Counted from the first letter of the stretch, positions 19,110 through 28,454 are shown. The stretch is 64,000 bases of DNA from an uncultured delta proteobacterium (GCA_963765675.1 CAVXXK010000007.1:40297-104296), one strand, 5' to 3'. The notes: generated from the letters alone by a model not told the origin. Program-made: numbers and translations.

Positions 19110-20006
19110 TTGGATGGCCTCTTGAGTATTGAATCGCACACGCTCTCTCTTGTGCGCAGCCCATGGACCGCGGTGCTTGACAGGCTCCTCTCCGTTGCGG
19201 ACCGGGACCTGCTAATCGCTTGCCCGTTTGTGACGCGTTCCGGCACTGAGAGGATCCTTAGGCACGCTGATCTGCGCGATCCTCGCCCATCGATGCGCAT
19301 TGAGCTTATTACTGACCTGAGACCCGAAAGCGTTCTCGCGGGTTCCATGGACCTCGACGCTTTAGCGGGTTTAGGTCGAAGGATGCCCGGCTTCGAGCTG
19401 ACGCACTTACCGAGCGTTCACGCGAAGGTCTACGTGGCGGATTGCAAGATGGCTATCGTGACATCGGGGAATCTCACGCAGCCAGGTCTCAGGGGAAACG
19501 TCGAATATGGCGTTGCTTTGACGGACGAGGCAGTTGTCCAAGAGGTGAGAGCAGACTTCGAGGGCTATGCATCGCTCGGCGCAAAGATTTCGATCGACGA
19601 CGTGTTGGCGCTCGCAGCGGAGACGGAAGAACTCAAGGTGCTCTTCCAGCGCGCAGAGAGCTCCATGCGCATCCGCGCGCGGCATGCGTTTGATAAAAGA
19701 TTGAAATCGACTCATCTTCGACTGCTACGTCACAGGGCGAAAGGAAAAACGACGCACGCTATCTTCGCAGATACGATACGGTTCCTACTCGCGAAAAGCC
19801 CCTTAGAGACAGAGGAGATTCACCCGCTGATTCGATTGCTGCACCCAGATCTCTGCGATGATTCCATAGACCGGGTCATTGAGGGCGTGCACTTCGGAAA
19901 GAAGTGGAAGCATCACGTTCGGAACGCGCAGCAGTATCTGAAACGGCACGGAGAGATCCGCTTTGACGGTGCACGGTGGCAGCTTGTCGACCGATCTGAA
20001 CTATAA
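19110..20006 (+). CDS. Phospholipase D-family (single HKD) nuclease with C-terminal winged-helix-like domain
   Basis: IACPFV, VHAKVYVAD, VTSGNLT..G..N.E; C-terminus KKWKHHVRNAQQYLKRHGEIRFDGARWQL. Confidence 0.85.
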   Translation: MDGLLSIESHTLSLVRSPWTAVLDRLLSVADRDLLIACPFVTRSGTERILRHADLRDPRPSMRIELITDLRPESVLAGSMDLDALAGLGRRMPGFELTHLPSVHAKVYVADCKMAIVTSGNLTQPGLRGNVEYGVALTDEAVVQEVRADFEGYASLGAKISIDDVLALAAETEELKVLFQRAESSMRIRARHAFDKRLKSTHLRLLRHRAKGKTTHAIFADTIRFLLAKSPLETEEIHPLIRLLHPDLCDDSIDRVIEGVHFGKKWKHHVRNAQQYLKRHGEIRFDGARWQLVDRSEL

Positions 20007-20064
20007 AATGCGGATCGAAGCGCTAGACCGAGTTAACGAAACCGCCGCTCTTGGAAGAAGAGTA

Positions 20065-20631
20065 ATGAAGAAACCAATCCAAATCGGCAAGTCTTATGCG
20101 ATAGCCGCGATCGTTGCGGCGATCTTCTGCACGATGGTGTTTGCGGCGAGTGCGCACGCGGCGGCGTCGGCGCGGGATATCGCGGCGCTCAAGAAAGCCA
20201 AGCTCATCTATATCGCGACGGTCCGTAAAGACGGCAATCAGAGCCGTGCGGTCCCGGTCTGGTTCGTGGTCGATAAGGACAACCGCGTGCTGATTCAGAC
20301 TGGTCCGCAAAGCTGGAAGGCCAAGCGTATTCGGCGCGGCAGCCCGGCATTGATCTGGATTGGAAACAGCGCCGGCCCCGCATTTATCGGCACGGCGGAA
20401 ATCACGACCGAGGCCGCGGTGACTTCGCAAATAGAAAGCGATATTCCGCGCAAGTACCTGCTCGCGCGGGTGGGGTTCTCACGCCCGACACAGGCGAAGT
20501 TTGACGCCGGGACAATCTGCGCGATCCGGATCACGCCTGCGCGCGATCTGCCCGACGGCTTCGAATCCAAGCCGGGAACCCCTGCGCCCACGGTCGCCGC
20601 GGCGCCGATGGCGTCAACCAAAGCGCAATAG
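20065..20631 (+). CDS. Pyridoxamine 5'-phosphate oxidase-like split-barrel protein with signal peptide
   Basis: IYIATVRKDG..VPVWFV..SWKAKRIRR; N-terminus MKK..hydrophobic..AHA. Confidence 0.75.
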   Translation: MKKPIQIGKSYAIAAIVAAIFCTMVFAASAHAAASARDIAALKKAKLIYIATVRKDGNQSRAVPVWFVVDKDNRVLIQTGPQSWKAKRIRRGSPALIWIGNSAGPAFIGTAEITTEAAVTSQIESDIPRKYLLARVGFSRPTQAKFDAGTICAIRITPARDLPDGFESKPGTPAPTVAAAPMASTKAQ

Positions 20632-20700
20632 AATCGTGGATGACGAGGGTCGGGAAATTTTTCTCTGGAATCATCACGGCGCGGGAGTAAAATAATTTTT

Positions 20701-21111
20701 ATGGCACAGGAGAGTGCATCGCTGCTCATCGGCAGGGCGCTTCGCAAGCGTTGCCCGGTATGTGGCAACGGCGCGGTCTTCGCCTCGCACTTCCACATGA
20801 ACCGGACCTGCCCGGCCTGCCATGCGATATTCTGGAAAGATCCCGGCGAGTCGCTCGGTGCTATGTACCTTGACTATGCGGTCGCTGCGGGTGCGTTTCT
20901 GATTTGCTGGGCAATCCTGGATTGGACCACCAGTCTTTCCGATCTCACCCAGCTCGTCATTTTGTCGGTGATCGCGGTCGCGAGCGTGTTGGCATGCTTC
21001 CCCTACACCCGCAGCGCATGGACGGTGCTGGTGTATATCTCGGGCGGAATCGAACGTCCGCAGCTCCGCGTGATTCGCGGCGGCAAAGACGATTCCCATC
21101 GCGCCGCCTAG
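20701..21111 (+). CDS. DUF983-like Zn-ribbon membrane protein
   Basis: RCPVCGNG..F..CPAC followed by two TM segments. Confidence 0.8.
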   Translation: MAQESASLLIGRALRKRCPVCGNGAVFASHFHMNRTCPACHAIFWKDPGESLGAMYLDYAVAAGAFLICWAILDWTTSLSDLTQLVILSVIAVASVLACFPYTRSAWTVLVYISGGIERPQLRVIRGGKDDSHRAA

Positions 21112-22289
21112 CGGCGCATCGCTGCGATCTTCTGCGGCAGTTTCGCGAGGCGTTCGGCGGCTCGCGCGATCGTTTCATCGCTCTTCGAGAAGGTGAAGCG
21201 CACCTGGCGATGCCCGAGTTCCGGGCGATGGTAGAAGCTCGAGCCGGGTACGGCGGCGACCCCGACCTCGTCCAGCAGAAACGCGGCGGCGGCGAAATCG
21301 TCCTTGAATCCGAGCGGTCCGATGTCCGCCATTATGTAGTACGCGCCCGCCGGATTGGTGCACTTGAGGCCCGCGCCGGTCAGCGCCGCATAGAGCGCCG
21401 CGCGCTTGCGCTCGTACATCGCGGCCAGCTCCGCATAGAACGACTCCGGCAGGCGCAGCGCGACGGCCCCTGCCTCTTGCAGCGGATGCGGCGCGCCGAC
21501 GGTCAGAAAATCGTGAACCTTGCGGATCGCCGACGTGATCCGCTCGGAGGCGATCGCGTAGGCAAGGCGCCATCCGGTTATCGAGTAGGTCTTCGACAGA
21601 CCACTGATCGTAATGGTTCGCTCGGCCATCCCGGGCAGCGTCGCGAGCGAGATATGCCGCGCGCCGCCGTAGATGATGTGCTCGTAAATCTCGTCGGTGA
21701 TCGCGAGCGTGTCGTAGCGATTGCATAGAGCCGCGATCGTTTCGAGCTCCGCACGCGTGAAAACCTTGCCGGTCGGATTGTTCGGCGTGTTGACGACGAT
21801 CGCCTTGGTGCGCGGGCTGAACGCCGCTTCGAGCTCCGCGCGATCGATCGAAAAATCCGGCTCGCGCAGCGCGACGTACTTTGGCGACGCGCCTGCCAGA
21901 ATCACGTCGGGTCCGTAATTCTCATAAAACGGCTCGAAGATGATCACCTCGTCGCCCGGGTTCACAATCGCGAGCATCGTGGCGACCATCGCCTCGGTCG
22001 CGCCGCAGGTGACGGTCACGTTACGGTCGGCGTCGCACTTGATCCCGTTGTAAGAGCGTACTTTGTCGGCTATCGCGGCGCGGAAGTTGGGCGAGCCGTG
22101 GGTGATCGCGTACTGGTTATACTCTTCGTCGATCGCGCGCTTGGCGGCCTCTTTGAGCTCAGTGGGCGCGGCAAAATCGGGATATCCCTGGGCCAGATTG
22201 ACCGCGCCGGACTTGAGCGCCCGCCGCGTCATCTCGCGGATCACGGACTCGGTGAAAAAACGGGTCTTGTTGGATACGTCGGTCGGCAT
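21108..22289 (-). CDS. PLP-dependent aminotransferase class I/II
   Basis: NLAQGYPD, NTPNNPTG, TDEIYE, SGLSKTYSITGWRL. Confidence 0.95.
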   Translation of the reverse strand: MPTDVSNKTRFFTESVIREMTRRALKSGAVNLAQGYPDFAAPTELKEAAKRAIDEEYNQYAITHGSPNFRAAIADKVRSYNGIKCDADRNVTVTCGATEAMVATMLAIVNPGDEVIIFEPFYENYGPDVILAGASPKYVALREPDFSIDRAELEAAFSPRTKAIVVNTPNNPTGKVFTRAELETIAALCNRYDTLAITDEIYEHIIYGGARHISLATLPGMAERTITISGLSKTYSITGWRLAYAIASERITSAIRKVHDFLTVGAPHPLQEAGAVALRLPESFYAELAAMYERKRAALYAALTGAGLKCTNPAGAYYIMADIGPLGFKDDFAAAAFLLDEVGVAAVPGSSFYHRPELGHRQVRFTFSKSDETIARAAERLAKLPQKIAAMRR

Positions 22290-22401
22290 CGACCGACCAC
22301 TTTAGCGCGCTGGCCGGCGCCAGCACTAGAACCTACCGGAGAAATTGGTCGTGCGCGGGGCAAAGATCTGCCGCCGCGGCGTGGTACCGCATGCTATCGA
22401 T

Positions 22402-22602
22402 TCAGGCGTCGGCCAGGATGGAAGCGCCTTGGCGCAAACGCCAATCGTCGATAACTTCGACGTTAAAACGCCAATCACTGCCTATCTTGAAGCCCGGTAA
22501 CTGGCCCTTCTTGAGCAGGCGATAGATAGTTGAGCGATGAACTCGGAGGTACTCCGCGAGCTCATTTACGGTAAGGACCTTGGTAGCGGTGGCAGTCTGC
22601 AT
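22402..22602 (-). CDS. Small excisionase-like HTH (HTH_17) DNA-binding protein
   Basis: VLTVNELAEYLRVHRSTIYRLLKKGQLPGFKIGSDWRF. Confidence 0.9.
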   Translation of the reverse strand: MQTATATKVLTVNELAEYLRVHRSTIYRLLKKGQLPGFKIGSDWRFNVEVIDDWRLRQGASILADA

Positions 22603-22786
22603 ACTGTTGCGATTCTCCCCATCGCAGTAGCGATTGTTCTAGACGCCCGTACGATAGCATAGACGACTTCCCGTTACCAAACCCAATCGTTAAGGCGTTC
22701 AAAGCAGTCAAATCAGTCTTTGTGTAGGATTATTACACCATCAGATAGTACAAAGGGGCCGGTAGATGTAATAGGAAGTATGATTA

Positions 22787-24247
22787 TCAGCCAAAAAGGC
22801 GGACTGCGGCTGCACGCAACTCGGCTCGATGGTCAGGATGCGCGATCGCGATCAGCTCGGAGGCGCGTTCGCGATGGTTTTTGCCAAGCAGACGCGCGAT
22901 TCCGTACTCACTGATAATTGTATCGGCGAAAAAGCGCGGGATTGTCACGAGCGCTCCCTCCTCGAGCCGGGGAACGATTCGCGAAACCGCGCCGCCCAGC
23001 GCGGTCGAGGCGATCAATGTGATCGAACGACCGCCAGGGCACAGAAATGCCCCCATATGCATCTCGGGTTGGCCTCCGGTGCCGTTGATCATCCGGCCAC
23101 CCACAACGGTTTCGGCGGTGATCTGGCCGGTCAGGTCGATTCCGAGCGCATTGTTGATCGAGGTCTGCCGGTAATTACCCATCAGGGTGCCGATGTTGAG
23201 GACATATTCGGGATCGTAGAGCTCGAAGGCGGGATTGTCGTCCACGATCTTGAGGTCTTCGGGAGCGGAGCCGGACCATGCTACGGCAACGGCGCGGCCG
23301 CGATGACTGGTTTTGCGGCGACCGTTGATTATCCCGCGATCGACCAGCCGTGCGATTCCGGGCGCGACCATCTCGGTGTGCAGGCCGAGATCATGCTTGG
23401 AGTCGAACGCGCCCAGGCGCGGCATTTGACCGCTCGGGTCGCCGACGCCGATCTGGATCGTCACGCCGTCCTCGATCACTTCCGAGAGATAGCCCGCGAT
23501 CGTCGCGTACTCCTTGGGCGGCGGCGAGATTCCGAGCAGCACACGCAAGTCGGTAATCGACATCCGCTGTAAATATTGCACGATCGGAAAAATTCGGTCG
23601 ATTCCAGCCTCGTCGATCGCCGCGCGCACGCCCGCGCGCTTGTCCTCGTCCATCCGGGCCAGTTCGCGCTCGACCACGGCGGGATCCCCGGGCGCGGCGG
23701 TAGAATCGACGAACCATGCGAACTCGCTCACGTGCATAAAGACGTCGCCGTAGGTGCGGGTCAGGTTGCGGTCCACTTCCGCGATAACCATCCGCGCTCG
23801 CCGCGCGTACGCCCGTTTGTTCCATTGATGCGGCCCGAAACTGACGAAGCCCTTCGAGTTGGGGGGAGTGATATTGACGAATGCGATATCGATCGGCTTG
23901 TCCTCGGCGGGGCGTTCGTCGTGCGCCTTGAACTGGGTCGAGAACAGGTTGGGCAGATAGGTGGCCTGGCGGCGATCGTGAAGCGGACGCGCGAGATTGC
24001 CGATAAAGAGCTCGAATTCGAGGCGGAACTTGGCGCTCAGATCCTGCGAGAGCCATCCGGGGTCGGCGGTCGGCGCGGTGATGCGGACGTCGACGCTACC
24101 CTCGAGCTCCGCGGCGCGTGCGCCGATCGCGTGCTGCATCGGGGCGGCGGCTGCCAGCGGGAAATCGATCCGCATTCCGGGCTTGACCAGCCGCGCGGCC
24201 TGCTCGTGGGTAAGTTGATGTGCGCGAAAATGCTCCTGCCAATCCAT
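22787..24247 (-). CDS. Acetyl-CoA hydrolase / 4-hydroxybutyrate CoA-transferase family protein
   Basis: TIQIGVG, LGLHTEM, IDLTGQ, NGTGGQ, SEYGIA..RERASELIAIAHPDHR; AGGAG RBS before ATG 24247. Confidence 0.9.
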   Translation of the reverse strand: MDWQEHFRAHQLTHEQAARLVKPGMRIDFPLAAAAPMQHAIGARAAELEGSVDVRITAPTADPGWLSQDLSAKFRLEFELFIGNLARPLHDRRQATYLPNLFSTQFKAHDERPAEDKPIDIAFVNITPPNSKGFVSFGPHQWNKRAYARRARMVIAEVDRNLTRTYGDVFMHVSEFAWFVDSTAAPGDPAVVERELARMDEDKRAGVRAAIDEAGIDRIFPIVQYLQRMSITDLRVLLGISPPPKEYATIAGYLSEVIEDGVTIQIGVGDPSGQMPRLGAFDSKHDLGLHTEMVAPGIARLVDRGIINGRRKTSHRGRAVAVAWSGSAPEDLKIVDDNPAFELYDPEYVLNIGTLMGNYRQTSINNALGIDLTGQITAETVVGGRMINGTGGQPEMHMGAFLCPGGRSITLIASTALGGAVSRIVPRLEEGALVTIPRFFADTIISEYGIARLLGKNHRERASELIAIAHPDHRAELRAAAVRLFG

Positions 24248-24425
24248 GCGCGGATTCTCCTGCGGTTGATAAATGCGTGGTGGGAAGCGCCGAACCATTG
24301 TCGGCATGACCGCCACGATCTCGCGCTGTAGCATTGCATTGATGAACTTGTCCAATCGCGCGGCGGCGGTTAGCGTTGCAGCCATCGGCGCAGAGCCGAT
24401 TTATCCGATGATGGAACGCTGAGCG

Positions 24426-25007
24426 ATGATTCTTCCGGTAGGCGACGTGCACTATGAGATTCGGAGCGGCGGAGCGATCGTCGCGGTAGAGGACTCGAAC
24501 TTCGACGGTCATCGGATTGCGGGCGAGCGGCGTTTTGTTGACAGCGCGAACCGTTACGCAGCCAGCGCGGAACTCGCCGACGATTCGAGTATCGCGCGTA
24601 TCACGCTCAGCTACTCGCGCGGGCCGTTCAATCGTACCGCCAGCTACGAGGCCGCCGGAGATTTTCTGCGCGGACAGATTGGACGCAACGCGGTGACGGC
24701 GAAACTCGGACGGCTGCGCGAGATCGATGCCGGCCTGGTGATCTTTCGGGCGCTGATTATCGCGCGGGTGCGCGCGCGCGGGCAGCTGCGATGGACCGGG
24801 CGCGTCGCAGCGATCGATCCCGCCACTCTGGTTGCGGATTCGAACAAGCAATCCGCCAGATGCATCGACAGCGCGGGCCTCAGGTGGATTTACGAACCGC
24901 GGATGGGCGATCGCGAGGAGATCGAGCTTGACGCGGCGGGCCGTATCGTTTCGCGCCGCGACGAACGCGGCACCGAGGCGATCCTGATCGCCCCCGCGCG
25001 CGGCTAG
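24426..25007 (+). CDS. Hypothetical beta-rich protein
   Basis: Fills the gap between flanking genes; host-like codon usage; no recognised motif. Confidence 0.6.
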   Translation: MILPVGDVHYEIRSGGAIVAVEDSNFDGHRIAGERRFVDSANRYAASAELADDSSIARITLSYSRGPFNRTASYEAAGDFLRGQIGRNAVTAKLGRLREIDAGLVIFRALIIARVRARGQLRWTGRVAAIDPATLVADSNKQSARCIDSAGLRWIYEPRMGDREEIELDAAGRIVSRRDERGTEAILIAPARG

Positions 25008-25011
25008 CGCG

Positions 25012-25356
25012 TTATGCCGCCGCGCGAGACCGCGGCATCTTGCAATCGCCGTCGAAGGTCGCGCCCTCGTTGAGCACCAGGCTGGGTGTGCTGATGGTGC
25101 ATTGCGCACGCGCGGTGGCGAGCAGCTCGACGCGTTCGCGGGCGGTGACTTCACCGCTGAACGCGCCCGCGATCGTGACCTTGCCGGCGGAGATTCGCGC
25201 GCTGACGACGGCGCCGCTCGCGATGATCACCTCGTCGCCGGAAATTTCGCCCTCAGCCTCGCCTTCGATTTTGACCGGCCCTTTGAAGAAGAGCTTGCCC
25301 GAGGCCTTGGTGCCTTTGCCGATGCGTGATTCGAATGATGCGTCGTCAGATGCCAT
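25012..25356 (-). CDS. Bactofilin (polymer-forming cytoskeletal protein)
   Basis: SRIGKGTKASGKL..VKIEGEAEGEI..VTIAG..LVLNEGATFDGDCKM; AAGGA RBS. Confidence 0.92.
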   Translation of the reverse strand: MASDDASFESRIGKGTKASGKLFFKGPVKIEGEAEGEISGDEVIIASGAVVSARISAGKVTIAGAFSGEVTARERVELLATARAQCTISTPSLVLNEGATFDGDCKMPRSRAAA

Positions 25357-25509
25357 GGCTACTTCCTTGAGTTGGATGCGAGCAAGAGTATGGCGAGATT
25401 CGCGTAAGCGCTGCAATCGAATGCGAGGTAACTAACATACAACAGTGCTGGTTAAACCGTGCATTTGCGCTTTTGCACTCAAACCATTTGCGCGCGACAA
25501 TAGCCCGTC

Positions 25510-27420
25510 ATGCCGAATTCCACTTTGATCGAACACGGACCCGAGCGCCCGGGCGGCCAGGGTCTCGACTCCAACCAGTACGAATCGGGCGATCGCGCGA
25601 TCTTGGCGCTGCTCAAAGAGACTCGCGCGGCCGAGCAGGTCGATCTGGTCGCGACCTGGCGCGGCGACGCGTACGAGGTTTGGTCGCGCGGCGGAATGAT
25701 CCGCTTCAAGCGTTTTCGAGATTCGAGCGGCGCACTCAGCTTTGAGGTGATCGAGCAGGTCGGCGTCAACCCGGTTGCGCGGCAGGATCCGTTCGCGGTA
25801 GCGACGATCGATGAAGAACTCGACGCGGCACGCCGCAGCGGAAATTCCGCCGACGATCCGAATCGCGCCTACTTTGAGCCCCATACGCTGACGCACCCCG
25901 ACGCCTACGAACGGCTCGCGCAGTTGTTCGACAGCCCGCGTGGTCCAGACCTGGTCGTGAGCCCGAAAGCTTATGCGTATGGGCTCCAGCCGGGGCAGCA
26001 TGGTGCGCTCGACGTGGTGCAATCGCGCGCTCCGCTGATATTCAGCGGTCCGGGAGTGCGGCGCGGAAACGTCAAGCTCGCGGCGCGGCACGTCGATATC
26101 GCGCCGACGATCGCAGCGGTCATGAAGTTTCCCGAAATCGACGGACGCGGACCGTCGGGGATGCCGGCTCGGACCCTGCTAAAACGCCAGGACGGAGTTG
26201 CGCTCGAAGATCTTATCGACTCCGATTCCGCGGCTCCCGAGCGCGTTTATCTGATTCTGCTCGACGGACTGTCGCATACCGAGCTGCTGTGGCAGCTCGA
26301 AAATAATCGCGCGGCGATTCCGAACCTCGCGATGCTGGTCGAATCCGGCGCGATGCTCTCGCATGGCTCGATCGTCAATTTCCCGAGCATCACATGGCCC
26401 AGTCATTCGACGATCCTGACCGGTGCGTGGTGCGGACATCACGACGTGGTGAATCCGACGTTTCATCTGCGCGAGCATCGCCAGACCGTTCCGATCCAGG
26501 GAAATATCTACGAAGGCGAGGGGTACGTTAATCCCGTGGTTGAGACGCTGTACGAGGCGTTCAAGCGCGTGCGCGGCGCGAGCGCAGTTACCGCGTCGAT
26601 TCACGAGCCGCAAGGACGTGGCGCCGACCACGCGGTCTTCGAGCGTCGGATCGTCGGCGACAAGGCGCGCCTCAAGGCTCTGACCAAGGAGATGTCGGAT
26701 GATCTCAGTCCGCGTTGGATCGCCGACGGCAAGCCGGGAATGCATAACGAGGAGATCGTCGACGTGCGCGGGATGGCGCAGATGCTCGTGCTGTTCGAGC
26801 ATTGCGGCGATACGCCGCCGGTCTTCGTCGCACACGAATTTGTACTCACCGACGGCGCGGGCCACGACTACGGGCCGCATCATGCCGGCCTGCGAGAGGC
26901 GATCGTGCGCACCGACGCGCGAATCGGAAAGATCTTCGACACCCTGCGCGCGCGCGGTCTGTTCGATTCGACACTGTTCGTCCTGACCTCCGATCACGGG
27001 ATGGCGGCGCAGCGGATCGAGCTCAAGGCGAATCCCTCGTGCGAGCCGCAGAGCGCCGGAATCAAGGGTATCTTCGCCGAGCCGATGATCTATCTGCGTG
27101 ATCTCGCGTTCGAAATAGAGCGCACGCGCGATCTGCGCAGCTTGCGCGTGACGGTGCTCGACAACGATCATCTGCCCGACGGCGAGCGACCTCCCGTCGC
27201 GGGCGCACGTGTGGTCGTGCGCGGGAAAGACGATCGCGTGCTCGCGGAGATGGTGACCGGTGAATCGGGACGGGTCGCGTGCGCGACGCCGGCGGATCTT
27301 TCCGATCGCGAAATCGTGCTCGAGATTGAGCATCCAGATTTCAACTGGCGCCAGCTTCGCGCCGACGGCGCCCCGATTCGCGACGCGGATATCAGGCACG
27401 CGCTCTATCCGCGCGCGTAG
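25510..27420 (+). CDS. Alkaline phosphatase superfamily (nucleotide pyrophosphatase/phosphodiesterase-like), circularly permuted
   Basis: LILLDG, PSITWPSH..TG, DGAGH and TSDHG motifs, with GQHG and DIAPT placed N-terminal to them. Confidence 0.85.
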   Translation: MPNSTLIEHGPERPGGQGLDSNQYESGDRAILALLKETRAAEQVDLVATWRGDAYEVWSRGGMIRFKRFRDSSGALSFEVIEQVGVNPVARQDPFAVATIDEELDAARRSGNSADDPNRAYFEPHTLTHPDAYERLAQLFDSPRGPDLVVSPKAYAYGLQPGQHGALDVVQSRAPLIFSGPGVRRGNVKLAARHVDIAPTIAAVMKFPEIDGRGPSGMPARTLLKRQDGVALEDLIDSDSAAPERVYLILLDGLSHTELLWQLENNRAAIPNLAMLVESGAMLSHGSIVNFPSITWPSHSTILTGAWCGHHDVVNPTFHLREHRQTVPIQGNIYEGEGYVNPVVETLYEAFKRVRGASAVTASIHEPQGRGADHAVFERRIVGDKARLKALTKEMSDDLSPRWIADGKPGMHNEEIVDVRGMAQMLVLFEHCGDTPPVFVAHEFVLTDGAGHDYGPHHAGLREAIVRTDARIGKIFDTLRARGLFDSTLFVLTSDHGMAAQRIELKANPSCEPQSAGIKGIFAEPMIYLRDLAFEIERTRDLRSLRVTVLDNDHLPDGERPPVAGARVVVRGKDDRVLAEMVTGESGRVACATPADLSDREIVLEIEHPDFNWRQLRADGAPIRDADIRHALYPRA

Positions 27421-27470
27421 CCTCGAGCGGGTTTTTCCCGCTGGCGCGCTTGCGTGCTAGTCTCCGCGCC

Positions 27471-28250
27471 ATGCATGATCTTAAGGGGAAAGTGGCTCTC
27501 GTTACGGGTGGAACGCGCGGCCTCGGACGCGCGCTGTCGACGCGCCTGGCCGAACTCGGCGCCACAATCGCGATGAACTATCGGCGCGACGAGGACAGCG
27601 CCGCGCGCACGCTCGAGACGGTGCGCGCGCTCGCGCCGCGCTCGATTCTGATCAAGGCTGACCTCGAGAACGACGCCGAGGTGCGCGCGATGGTCGCGCG
27701 GGCGGCTGAGGAATTTGGCCGGCTCGATATACTCATCGCCAACGCCGCGGCGACGGCGTTCAAGCCGTTGCTCGAATCCAAGCCGCACAATCTCCTTCGC
27801 ACCTTCAACCTGAGTGTCGGTGGTTTTCTCGCGGCGGTGCAGGAAGCGACCAAGGTGATGGGCGAAGGCGGCCGCATCCTGATGATCTCGGGCATCGACT
27901 CGATTCGAAATCTGCCGGGACATGGCGTGCTCGGTGCAGCCAAGGCCGCGCTCGAGAGCATGGTGCGTGACTTCGCGTTCGAGCTTGGCCCGCGCGGGAT
28001 TACCGTCAACGGGATGAACGTCGGTTATATCGACACCGACTCGGCGCGCTATTACGCACAATATCTCGGCGATGCGTACGAAGAGTTTCAGCGCCGATGC
28101 GCCGAGCGCTCGGCGATCAAGCGGCTGCCAACATTGGCGGAGGTCGCCGCAATCGCGTGTCTCATCTGCCTGCCCGAAGCCAGCTACCTGACCGCGCAAA
28201 CGATAATGGTCGACGGAGGTTTCACCCTGCATTTCCCCGGCGCGAAGTAG
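27471..28250 (+). CDS. SDR family oxidoreductase (FabL-like)
   Basis: VTGGTRGLG, LDILIANAA, AAKAALE, MVDGG. Confidence 0.9.
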   Translation: MHDLKGKVALVTGGTRGLGRALSTRLAELGATIAMNYRRDEDSAARTLETVRALAPRSILIKADLENDAEVRAMVARAAEEFGRLDILIANAAATAFKPLLESKPHNLLRTFNLSVGGFLAAVQEATKVMGEGGRILMISGIDSIRNLPGHGVLGAAKAALESMVRDFAFELGPRGITVNGMNVGYIDTDSARYYAQYLGDAYEEFQRRCAERSAIKRLPTLAEVAAIACLICLPEASYLTAQTIMVDGGFTLHFPGAK

Positions 28251-28307
28251 GGCGCAGAGGTGAGGTTGGACGGATCGAGAATGGTGAAAAGGCGGGAATG
28301 GTGAAAA

Positions 28308-28454
28308 GGCGGGCGAGCCGCCCGCCGCCACTGACATAAGGAGGACGGCGGCTGCGTGAAAGGGTGACTAAAAGACGTGAACGGAATCAGATACTCAGTC
28401 TTTTCAGTTCAGCCAGAACAACAATTGCCAGTGGGGGCGGACGGCCCGTCCGCC
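28308..28454. repeat. Inverted pair of 26-nt REPs upstream of RAYT (28308..28333 minus; 28429..28454 plus)
   Basis: CAGTGG C GGCGGGCG GCT CGCCCGCC and CAGTGG G GGCGGACG GCC CGTCCGCC. Confidence 0.85.

Noticed and set aside
22402-22602. Excisionase-like gene as a sign of a prophage or ICE
   Set aside because: No integrase, att site, tRNA or phage genes nearby; more likely a stand-alone regulator.
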